A DNA stretch of 63,720 nucleotides, filler included, from Lenisia limosa (Eukaryota; Protista; Breviatea), in assembly GCA_001655205.1 (NCBI GenBank). It is 14 parts of 14 records of this genome, joined end to end, with 100 filler letters (N's around TTAATTAATTAA, not from the genome) between each part and the next. Parts side by side here need not be neighbours in the genome. Positions count along the whole stretch, not along the records: positions 35,972 to 37,169 come from LPNZ01004112.1; positions 37,270 to 41,970 come from LPNZ01010697.1; positions 42,071 to 58,278 come from LPNZ01009258.1; 11 more parts are not named here. One strand, 5' to 3'. Below, piece after piece: positions 35,972-46,988 of the stretch. Both the position numbers and the translations under genes were made by a program. Each line of letters opens with the position of its first letter. The first letter of the stretch is position 1. Under the pieces are notes generated by a model. It ran no database searches. It was not told the origin of the DNA and worked only from the letters and a program-made list of their open reading frames with translations.

Positions 35972-36481
35972 TCCCCATCCACTCCCTGCCACAAAGTTGG
36001 CTTTGGTGCGAAACATGGTGCAGCGATGAGAGCCTCGGTATGTTAAGTCAAAAGGGTGTTGTTAAGACCAAGACATTTCTCATCTCTATATCGTCATAAT
36101 ATCTTCTGAGTTGATTATTCAGCCGACGCCAAGACTGTTGACCTCTGCAACAATCCCCTGACTAAGGTGGAATGGTGTCTTTCTTCCCCTTTTGCTACTT
36201 TTCCTGCCTCATTTCTATCCCTACCCACTGAAAGAGGCTTTGTTTTGTTGTATCAACTCTCGTGTGTTATCAGCCAAATAGTTGATTTTGTGCTCTTTTG
36301 TTTCATAAATTTTCAAAATTCACCCCCCCCCCCAAGTCTGTGCAAGTAGGCACACACCCTCAGTGTTTAATCCCCATTGACCTCATACTCCCAGGCCCCG
36401 AAACTCGACGTTGCCAGGCGGTTACTTCCCGAATGGGCCAAATACGACGCAGTGCAGCAGAATATCACAAACGCCGTCTAG
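35972..36481 (+). CDS. UGGT: UDP-glucose:glycoprotein glucosyltransferase, C-terminal exons
   Basis: [54 protein letters not shown], the GT24 signature. Confidence 0.92.
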
Positions 36482-36599
36482 AACTACTGGTATCGAGACG
36501 TCCCCCCTTTGCTGATGTCATTTATTGTTTCCTTCAATGCGTGGCGGGTGTTATATAGCAGAAGAAGGTGTGGCGGACTTTGAACCTGTTGATTATGTA

Positions 36600-36670
36600 C
36601 AGTGACCAGGATTCTTGACCGATTTGCTGGGTGATTTCCGAAGGAAAATAGGAAAATTACCCGGTCACTA
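36600..36670. mobile_element. MITE family C copy with TA on both sides
   Basis: TA|CAGTGACCAGG...CCCGGTCACTA|TA. Confidence 0.8.
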
Positions 36671-36890
36671 TATGTTTGATGGCGCGGGTAAAAAGGGAAA
36701 TCTTATAAGCACTGTGTGTGTATGGGTGGACAGTAATATCACTCAGAGGATAAAACACAAAGAGATTGAAAGTAAAAAGCAAAACCGGATAACACTGTGC
36801 TTCCAATCCACCTCGTCATTTTATTCGCTTTCCCCAAGGACCTTCCCTCGTGACAAACAACATACTGTACATTAAATGACCATAATAAAA

Positions 36891-37169
36891 CTACAGCTCT
36901 TCCTCGTAAAGCTCATCCGGGTTCTCCCTGTTAATCTTCTCGAAAAGGGTTGTGACCGACAAGCGATCTGAAAACTGGTTGTTGGACGAGAAGAAATCTA
37001 AGTTGTGAGGTTGTTGGAGGGAGAAGAAATCTAATAAAAAAGAAGAAAGCAAGCCCTCCAAACCCCCCCCCCTCTCCGAACGTTTTCTGCAGCATTTCAG
37101 GAGGTTGCAGGCATGCAGGTACTTCTCCTTTCGCTCGTCAACTGTTTCATTTTCGTCGTAGGGAACCTC
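36891..37169 (-). CDS. Uncharacterised protein, last two exons
   Basis: EVPYDENETVDERKEKYLHACNLLKCCRK-FFSSNNQFSDRLSVTTLFEKINRENPDELYEEEL-TAG. Confidence 0.5.
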   Translation of the reverse strand, partial: EVPYDENETVDERKEKYLHACNLLKCCRKRSERGGGLEGLLSSFLLDFFSLQQPHNLDFFSSNNQFSDRLSVTTLFEKINRENPDELYEEEL

Positions 37170-37343
37170 NNNNNNNNNNNNNNNNNNNNNNNNNNNNNNN
37201 NNNNNNNNNNNNNTTAATTAATTAANNNNNNNNNNNNNNNNNNNNNNNNNNNNNNNNNNNNNNNNNNNNCCCCCCCCCCCCCCATGTTTCATAAATTATC
37301 CAATTTTACTCCCCCTCCAAGGTTTATATTTTACCCCCCGCAG

Positions 37344-40300
37344 AACGCAGCGAAACAGCGTCCGCTTACCTCGGTCAAGGACCATATTCCATCAGCAGTT
37401 CGACGCAGACATTTATCCCAAACAAGGTGTGTGGACTTTGGGCATGTCCGTGGCCTCATGGCGTGTCTAACTACTGAATTGTATTTTTTTTTATTTTCAC
37501 GAACAAAATAAAAAAGGTCAATTTTGCAACTACAGACGCTTTCACGAATACCACATGGTGCCACGCTCCATCAGCAGTTTGTCAAAGACAAGGATTGCGG
37601 ATTTATGGATTGCTGAAAATGTCCCACCTTCATGCAGTAGTTATGTCCGAGTCTCTACCCAAAGTAAATATCAATGGTAGTGTAGCGTCTACAATGAAAC
37701 GTGATATGAGCATAATTTTTTCGAATGAAGGTCAATTTTTTGCAACTACAAACGTTTTGACCGATATTTTTCTTACCTGAGTGACTCCGTACTTATCACC
37801 GTATAGGCCGCAACCACGACCACAGACAGGCAATACCGCATCTGAGCGGCTTGAGTCCCTCATCAGTTTGCAGGGATTCTTCAAGAACGTTCTGATGATG
37901 GATGGTCATCTCAACATTTTGTATCTTTCACATGCCGTTCTTAATTCAACTACATATCACGCTAATAAGATTAATTAGTTTTGAAAATTGAAGTGTGCCT
38001 TTTTGTAACAAGTGAGAGCAGTGTGAAGATTTTGCAATCACCTTGATAAGTCCTGAAACGGATGTTGGGCTTTTTCTTCAGTCAACCGTGTCAAAACCTG
38101 GCGCGGTCACTGTGTATTATATACATGTACAAATCGCAACAAATCTTGTAACATTCACAGGAGATCTCCCAGATCTTCCATTATCATATACGAGGCCAAA
38201 GACTTCTCCCGAGAGGCAAACCGTCAGTGTCACAAATGGTTTGCTGAGAAGATAGTAGCTTTTGTCACTGCTCTTAACGTTTCATCCGAGACTCCCCTAG
38301 GACACTATGCTCTTCTATAAATCCCCCCCCCCTTCACATGATTTTTTTGCTTTTTGTAACAATTTTCAATTTTACTCCCCTCCTCCCACAGAACCCCTGA
38401 AATCCGCCCCTCCAGACACTATACGCCCGTCGCCGTTCCGACCAATCACCAGCACCAAAACGCCAAGAGCAGCGTCGAACCCCCGGGTTCTAAGTTTAGA
38501 ACCCTCATTGCTCCCGGACAAATACACCGTCACTACCATCCACAAGTTTGAGGGGGTATTATAGGATGTGTAATTAGGGCTTCACTTTGGTTCGAAAAAG
38601 AGTGATAAAATATCGATTTTTGTCGAAGATTTACCGAGAAATTCAGTCCTTTTTGAACCGAAGTGAAGCCCTATATTTGATATGATATGTAACACATGTA
38701 CAATTACATAATTATCATTTTTGGAGGTGTTAGTCTTGGAGAGAGCTGTAGATTGTATTCATAAATTCCTAGTTCACTCTGTTGGTGAGAAGTACCTTTG
38801 TCCATAGACATAATATATCATGTAGCATGTACTATTATATCCTTCATCGAAATTTCCTTCGTTTACCCCCCCCCCCTAGAACAAGACCGCCTGAAGCGAA
38901 CGACTCAAAGTGAGTTGGGGATGTTAAAGCAGGTACCCAAACTAGACTCATTAATCTTAATTGAACCCCAAATCCTTACTATCAGTTTTAATAAAACAAG
39001 ACATCATCTCCCCTCTTTCTTCGCTTTAACACTTTTTTATGCTAATTGAAAAACCTAGCCTTTCAGTCCCTTTCGATACAAACAAATCCTTCATATCAGT
39101 TTTTGCACTCTATTATACGGCTTCAGACTAGGACTTCACGGTTCGAAAAAGACTGACTTACTCGATAAATCTTCGAAATTTATCGATATTGTACCGGTAT
39201 TTTTCGAACCGAAGCCCTACTTCACACACAGGTACATTATATAATGTCGTGTAGGTACCATGTTGAAATGACGGGTAACAAATGGGCAGTGCAGCAGTTT
39301 CCATCACTTCAGTACGAGGATCATAAGGGCTTATCTTTTCCCGAATTTCTCCCTAAAGATGAACTCATCATTACATAAGGAGTCCCTTTTCAGTTCATGA
39401 TATACCTATGTATCGCTAGATTTTGCGTTTGTGTTTATGTACTGTGACCGAGATAAGTGCTGACACGATTGACTCAAGATAAAGCAAAAATCTGTGTTAG
39501 TACGCTGTATTGCTTTTATTCATCATTGACCTTCTTCAGACCCAGTGGACGCGAAGAAATAAAAATGCTCATTGACACTTTCGACCAGATGATTCTGGGT
39601 GAGCTTCCATGTCACATTCTTCTGGGATTAAGAGGAGTGTTGAATACCATAAAATGGGATATAAGTAACTTTTCTACACACTGACTGGATAAGTCTTGAC
39701 CGATTTGCAATGTGGTTTCCCTTGGAAACTTGGTCAAGACTTATCCTGGTCATTGTATACACCATATGATATTTATGACTGCATACAAATATTCAACTTC
39801 TGCACATCACTCTCTATAACCATTGTGTTTTGAAATTCACATTACATTGACTTTGAGTACTGTTAACCTGTGATTATTTTGTATGCCTGTTCCTGTTGCG
39901 ATGTTGCTAAAACCGTAGAATTGCCCTCAGACGAGAACCCGTCTATCGACGATCTTTTCCAGGTAAGTCGATACTCTTTTATTTGACAATAAACATAATT
40001 TAAATATAAAATAATACAAAGGGACACCACAAGATTTCGCTAACGTCCCCGCACTTCAATACACAAGTTGAACACCGAATTTCTCGATAAATCCTCGATC
40101 AATCCATCATCAATCCTCGATATATATCAATCAACAATAATGTTGTCATACATCCTCCAGGATTAAAACCCCCCTCCGTATCGATGTGGGGTTTAATGAA
40201 ACGTAATCTTTGTGTATTTGTAAAAGAGCTTCTCAACGGTCCAAAAAAGACCTGTAAAATAACGGTATTTATCAATGATTTATCGAGAAATTCCGGGGTT

Positions 40301-41970
40301 TGGGGACCGTAGTGAAGCATTGCGACAATTATCTCTTTATATATATATTACATGTATATATATACATGTATATGTTGACCACCTTCTTAGATTATGAACA
40401 GCGAAGCCTCGGTATACAGCACAGTTTTCCATGAGTTGATACGCCAAGGTTTGATAAATTAGTATCTTTTGGCCTGCTCTCTTTTTTAATACTCGATGTA
40501 ATCCTAAATACTTATCATATCATATAAAAACAGGACTGTTCAATTAATTGAGATTATTTTTTATGTAATAAGGGATAAATAGCAATCACTTTTTCATTTT
40601 GCTCCCCCACAGTGACAGTGGAGTGCGCGCCACGAGGCCAGCTTTTGGCGCGAATCCGCCATGCCTACGCAAGCATGTTCACCAGTATAGCTTCAAGAGT
40701 GTCACTGCTACATGACGAGTNNNNNNNNNNNNNNNNNNNNNNNNNNNNNNNNNNNNNNNNNNNNNNNNNNNNNNNNNNNNNNNNNNNNNNNNNNNNNNNN
40801 NNNNNNNNNNNNAAATATCGATATTTATCGATCGAGAAATTCAGTCTTTTTTCGAACTGAAGTGAAGCCCTAGTAGTGACATGATCTTTTGTGTTTAAAA
40901 AAAATGGTTCTAATAAATTTAGTAGTTTATTTAAAACAAATAATATACATTTGATATCTTGGGAAATAAATAAATACATAGGGATACAATAAACAAATTA
41001 CCATGTTAGTAGTAGTGCCTTGTTTAAAAGATATGACTAGCATATATGTATAGTGACCGGGATAGGTCTTGTCCGATTTTCCTTGGGAAATCATGTTGCA
41101 AATCGGTCAAGAATTATCCGGTCACTGTTTTTTTCAGTGGAGGTTGGGTAGTGTGGTTGGGGGTGTTGTAATGAATTTAAATGGATAAACTATTATATCT
41201 ACAGAAATGGAAACAAAATGGATACCACCATGATCCAGCTCAACTCTAACATTTTCAGCTCACCTCTGACATCTTTGTTTTTTTTAACAAGAAATAATAA
41301 TACCAGGTGGAAAGAAGCAATGGCTGCGGAAGAAACTGCAACAGTTTCAGGTATATTGGCTGTCTTGTTTGGATAGTGCGTAATATGAATACCAAAAGAA
41401 ATAAGTTTTGAGTTAGTTACTATAAAATAAAAGATGAAGCATAGTTCAACTATAGTTACTATCTCATATTTTATTATTCTTCCCGAATTAATAAAGTATG
41501 AGATAGTTACAGTTGAACTATGCTTCATTTTTATGCCCTAAGATTTAAGCTAATATAGGTCTCAAAATCCTTACGTTTTCAGTTAAAGATGCTTCGGCAG
41601 TTATTCGTCAGACAAAAGATGATTTGGAAAGCCTTCACAACGAGGCTTCTCGTCTGAAGAAACAGCTCTATGAAGCAACAAAGGCAACTCAAGAGTGAGG
41701 GGGGCGAGAGTGTTGTATGGTATGGAATTGTTTTCTTGTCACAACTCACTTTTAGGGCTTCACTTGGGTTCGAACAAAGACTGAATTTATCGATAAATCC
41801 TCGAAAACTATCGATATATTATTGGCCTTTTTCGAACCGAAGTGAAGCACTACTCAATTTGCACAAAATAATAATTTTTCTGTTAACTGAATAGGGCTGT
41901 GGAAGAGAAAGAAAAATATATACAGCTGCTTCACGAATACCATGATCTTAACGCTCTGCACAGACAAAGG
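37344..41970 (+). CDS. AXDND1: Axonemal dynein light chain domain-containing protein (AXDND1-like), partial
   Basis: PSGREEIKMLIDTFDQMIL and [35 protein letters not shown] match the p28/AXDND1 FxELIRQVxxxCxxRGxLL motif, followed by coiled coil. Confidence 0.75.
38575..38673. mobile_element. MITE family A copy
   Basis: TAGGGCTTCACTTTGGTTCG...AACCGAAGTGAAGCCCTA. Confidence 0.88.
39129..39219. mobile_element. MITE family A copy with 7/8 TSD
   Basis: CTTCAGAC / CTTCACAC flanks. Confidence 0.88.
39679..39755. mobile_element. MITE family C copy
   Basis: CACTGACTGGATAAGTCTTGACCGATTTGC...GGTCAAGACTTATCCTGGTCATTG|TA. Confidence 0.8.
40224..40322. mobile_element. MITE family A copy (degenerate)
   Basis: AAGAGCTTCTCAACGGTCC...GGGACCGTAGTGAAGCAT. 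Confidence 0.7.
40813..40872. mobile_element. MITE family A, right half next to a gap
   Basis: ATCGAGAAATTCAGTCTTTTTTCGAACTGAAGTGAAGCCCTA. Confidence 0.75.
41051..41127. mobile_element. MITE family C copy
   Basis: TA|TAGTGACCGGGATAGGTCTTG...CAAGAATTATCCGGTCACTG. Confidence 0.8.
41434..41528. repeat. Inverted-repeat hairpin (MITE candidate)
   Basis: ATGAAGCATAGTTCAACTATAGTTACTATCTCATA pairs with TATGAGATAGTTACAGTTGAACTATGCTTCAT. Confidence 0.7.
41753..41852. mobile_element. MITE family A copy with 7/8 TSD
   Basis: CTCACTTT / CTCAATTT flanks. Confidence 0.88.
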
Positions 41971-42156
41971 NNNNNNNNNNNNNNNNNNNNNNNNNNNNNN
42001 NNNNNNNNNNNNNNTTAATTAATTAANNNNNNNNNNNNNNNNNNNNNNNNNNNNNNNNNNNNNNNNNNNNTTGAAAACAAAAGACCAAAACAACTCACAA
42101 AGGGTACGGGGAGTATGGACACAGACACAAAAGCAAGAAAGCTGGACCCCCGCCAC

Positions 42157-43195
42157 CAGAGAGGAAGGTTGCCACCAAAAGTGTAAGAGCCCATGATGGG
42201 CTCCCATTGGTACTTGCTGGTGTACATTCCGATCTTGTGTCCATGGTGGCCAAGTGCGCCGACAAGTCTGGGATAAAAATAAATCCTTCAAGCCTTATAA
42301 TTGAATATAGTATCCATTAATTCACCTCATCCTTCAGAAAGAGCCCCCCCCCCCATACTGAGAAACAAACTGTCTGTTGTAAGTGTGATCTTTCCAGTAC
42401 TGGGTGCCTTCAACATCCTAAACGGTCATATTCAGACATTTGAAGATGAATTTATACTATATTAATGTAGTAATATCCTCTGTCCAACCCCCCCTCACAA
42501 TCCAGATCATATCGGCGTGAATCTTGTGGGAGCTCATGTGATTCAAAAGCTCATGAGCCTGTTGAGTAAATCACTAAATTGACAAGTATCATCGCATCGC
42601 AAATAGATATAGTTAAGCTGGAAAAAGGCAAACCTGGACTGTGGCGTTTTTGGAGCAGTGGGGGCAAGGGAACATGTAAACATCCACATATGGGAAATTG
42701 GCTGACTAATTAGATATTTCAACAGTAGGAAAAAAGCTGACAACGAAACCGCGGGTTGTGAGTGGACAAAAGACAAAAGACAAAACCACAGTCTCATACA
42801 AATGTCACGTAAAACAGTTATATTTTGTAACCTCACCGGCTCTGGCGTTGGCAACGTTAGTGGCGCATCCAGAGTCGACTGCTCCGTTGGACTTATAGCA
42901 GCGAGGAATAGCGAATGAGTAGCCGGACTGTCTGAGACACTTCCATGCTAGATATTCAGTTGTTGTAGAGTAATGGAAGAAGGCAGAGACAGAAAGGAGA
43001 ACAAATAAATTTATCCGAAGGTTTCTTCAAAATGTGTGATTAGTGATATTATTTACCCAGATCCGACCCAGATCCTCTTCAGCAAACCATACCTGTCAAT
43101 CCAAAAGCTTGAGAGACATCAACACCGAGAGTAGCAACGCTGAAAGAAGCGATGCTCAAGAGCGTGGCTAGAATGAGTACGTATTTACTAAGCAT
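42157..43195 (-). CDS. GH25-related protist-type lysozyme with signal peptide (3' end missing)
   Basis: MLSKYVLILATLLSIASFSVATLGVDVSQ, WKCLRQSGYSFAIPRCYKSNGAVD, VDVYMFPCPHC, MIWIDVEG, IGMYTSKYQWEPIMG...LPLW. Confidence 0.87.
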
Positions 43196-43692
43196 ATCCT
43201 TTTATCCTGTGAGAAAAAAAGAAATAGAACAATTAAATAAAAAGATATACTGGGGTTGAGGTTACATCAAATATTGGTATTTCTCCGAGCCATTCGAAAG
43301 GCCATCCCAATGCCGCCTGGCGCGTATTGAACTTGCAGTCCACACATTCTTCCTTCAAAAATGTTAAATAAAACCTTGTAAATAATCCACCCTACGCAAT
43401 CGAGAAGGTGGCCGGATTTCTGTTTTTGATTTGATGTTTTCGTTGGCTTTGAAATCTGTCAGACAATCGCTTCCAACGACGACCTAAAGTGATTCGTATT
43501 ATTGTAAGAACACTGCAAGCAAGCAAGCAATTCTTATCTGAACAATGGTGTCTCCAGCTGTTCACTCTCAATTGAATTTCTTATCCGAGGCGGAGTCGGA
43601 TAAGAAGAAATAATCGTAAGTGGTCGTTACAGTATTCTTATGTATACAGCTTGAGAGTAAGGAGATCTAACAGTTTTTAGCTGGCCTCAGCC

Positions 43693-46600
43693 ATGAATTT
43701 TGTTGTATTCTTTCGGGCCATTGTCTTCGTTTTGATTACGACGGTACATGCTTTGAGGTACTTCGTTTTCGGGGAATGGTGTAACAGACAGCAGTCATGG
43801 TGATGAATACACTTACACTTTGCATGAAATTAGCAGTCATTGCGAAAGAATGCTGTCCTTGAGTATATTATTATCAGCGTCGTGTCAATTTCCCGAAATA
43901 ACACCGTAGAGTTTCCCCCTATGCGAAAATCAAGATAGTTGCAGATGTTGATACAATGACAACAGAAAAAAGTAGCGTCAAATTGCAAGTCTCGGAGGAG
44001 GTTTGTGGGTGATTTTCAGTTTAAAATTTGGGCTCGGGGAAACACAATTTTTTGAAAAAAAAGCAATGTAAATTCAACCCCCGTCATCTGTCACAACAAT
44101 AACTATTGGCATGCGAACTTGAACCGTAATAACGAAACAGCTATTTGTAACTGTAGGGGGATGAAAATTTTGATATCATATGCAGTATTTCTGCCTTCAT
44201 TATTTGATTGTTATATCTCATGAAGTCATTGAAATCACTATTTTCAGATTGCACAACGTGTTCTAATTCAGCATTTATTTCCACTAAATGTACAGAGGTA
44301 ATCTATTACTTAAATAATTCTCAACATTTGGCCTTACCATAATGAATGAATATATATAATTATATTATATATGCTCGAGGTCCTAAACTATGTCGTTAAT
44401 TCGAATTATTATTGTCGTTAATTCAATTTTCTGTGACTGTCTCTTTTTCATGTTTAGGTCAACTGCACAACAATTTAACTTGTAAAAAAGATCATATGAG
44501 AAAAATGTGAGCATAAACTGAAAAAAAAAAATAGGCGAGCATGGCGCTAAAAAAAGTAAAAAATTTGAAAGGTTATTTTTTTCTTTGTTTCCCTTCATAA
44601 ACAAATAAAGTGTGTATATCTCAGAAATAATTACTGTTTTGAAGGAGAACAGCTGATTTGGCGCCCGTAAATAATTAGTGTAATATCTATAACACACCTT
44701 CAACTTTCTCACTTCACAAGTCTGTGGACTCATCATGCACTGAATGTAATGTTCGCCACCGAGATGGGTACAATGGAGTGCTGTGTGGCCATTGTTCTGA
44801 GGGACACTTCAACATCGATTCGGGATCTGACTATAGCATTGATGACTGCAATAGTTTGTTCGGTGAAGTGAATCAATAATTAAGAGCGCTTTGTGCAATT
44901 AACTTTTTGAATCCATTAATTGATGAATTAGCAATATAATGTCTGAAATTGGGTTTACAGTAACATATGTATCACTTCAATTTTCAATTAATTATCCAAT
45001 TTTTTCAATGGCGTACTAATAATACTAAGTTTTGTCACAAAAATTGAAAATATACGCAAATTCCAATACATTTTCAAGTAATCAGAGGCTTAACTAATTT
45101 ACAATTGTAGCTTGTAGTACTACTTGCTCGTCATCAGAGTACATACATTCTGAATGTAAATCAGCTGCGGACATTGTCTGTGAATTGTGTTCATCTCTGC
45201 ACCGAGAATATGGGACTGGTTTGAATGGGACAAGCAGTAATTAACACTGGATTCTTTTTCATCATTTACTTATTCACTAGATCACAATGCAAATCAAGTA
45301 ATTTACTTAATATGTAAAAAGTTGCCCTTTACTTCAGCGACAGTATGACCAATCTGAATTTGTGATAAAATACCTTCCGTTTAGCCAATAAAAACATACA
45401 GTCTCTTTTCAATATGTTTTCTTATGCTTAGGACTTACCTGTGGAATATGTCAAGATGGCTACTATCATGCAGGTGATGGAAATTCTACAGCAAACACGG
45501 AGTGTTCGGGTCAGTTTATGATTGGGTATTTGACACATTATTTTCAAATCTGCAATGCAAGATAGGATTAATGTCTTATAACAGTTGTACGATACCTTCA
45601 GCTATGTATCAGATGTGCTGACACTGTTACAGAATGTTCTTCAGCTGACGACAATGAGTTTCACATAGTGGAATGCACAAAGACAGCCGACACTCTCAAA
45701 GAGTATTGGATCAATATCGGTCGAGAAGATGAAGCGGGCCACTCATGCGGCCCTTGCATAGCTTTGCAATATTACTGCACTTGTTTGATAGAGTGAACGT
45801 TTTTGGTTCAGTCGTATTACTGTATGTCAGCAAGTGTGTAACGTCTTTAGCTGGAGGGGACAGCAGCGGTACAACATTGTGTAGCTGTGGGTGATGGTTA
45901 ATTCGATTATATCATTTTGTTTTCGTGACATTCATGGGTTTACATTTATATTCCTGTCTCACAATTTAGTGTGTAAGTATGGCTGCAGTGGAGAAGAGCA
46001 ATACCAAAGTGAATGCACGTATAGGGGTACAATACTGTTTTGAATCTGTGTTGATTTGAATATCTTGTTTCTCAAGCCTCTGCATTCATGTTTGCCTTGG
46101 TTTTCTGTGAGGACTGTTTTTACTAACTAATTTATGGAGATTACAAATTATACCTTGCGGCAACCTGATATTTATCATTCTAATAATTTAGTCAGACTAC
46201 GAACATTCAGTGTCTCTTTTGTAGCAGTTTGCACCGAGCTGGGTTTGAGTGACTTTACCAAAATTCCAATTCCCTGTGAAAGCAAGATCACTTGATTAGA
46301 AGGTTTTGTAGGATATATATCAATAATACAACGTGGTTGATAATCAAGTTTTGTTGTTCTCCCGCTGTAATCTCAGCTTAAAATACGTTGCGTTTGAGCT
46401 CGAGCATTCACATGTATTCACATTTCCCCAGGTACAACAACGTGGTTTGCGGAAACTGCGACGTGGATATACATCACCATCTGGACTGTCTAGTGTCATT
46501 GACTATTGTGAAGGTAAACGAGGCTGCAATTGCGCTAATCCGTCGTCTGCACCATACCAGCTCTCATCTAGCAGAATGTGTCACTCAATCACTCACAAAT

Positions 46601-46988
46601 TATGTGAAAGAAGAGTGTACGAAAGATACCCAAGGTTTGAAGGTTTCTTACACACAAGCAACAAATAGCATTTCACCAATTTAGCTATTTGGTACGACTG
46701 TAATTCAGATTTCCACCGCGACAACCACGTTCTCAACCAATGCGGCAACTGCCTTGCGGGGTGGTTGTCAAGTGACATATCGGGGCAGTCCGCTTGTACT
46801 TATGAGTAATTTTGAAAAACAGAACGTGAATGGAGATGATGGGTTTAACCGTGAATTTCTACCAAAACGGCAAATGAGACAAATGATATTTAAAGCTTAT
46901 TATCATATTATTAGATAGTCCGCCAAAACTCGGTTGCCTACCAAATACACAGAGTAGTCACCACCGTTTCAGGTTAAATATGCATTAG
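43693..46988 (+). CDS. Secreted/surface cysteine-rich protein with TNFR-like repeats
   Basis: Signal peptide MNFVVFFRAIVFVLITTVHAL; many small exons such as CTTCSNSAFISTKCTE, CSTTCSSSEYIHSECKSAADIVC, CGICQDGYY, ECTKTADT; 3' end tentative. Confidence 0.55.

Noticed and set aside
36479-36481. Stop-codon reassignment (TAG read as sense)
   Set aside because: No in-frame TAG, TAA or TGA seen inside conserved exons; TAA, TGA and TAG all occur at plausible gene ends
752-41852. Family A repeats as CRISPR-like or REP-like repeats
   Set aside because: Dispersed, not arrayed with spacers; eukaryotic intron context; TIRs and 8-bp TSDs identify a MITE
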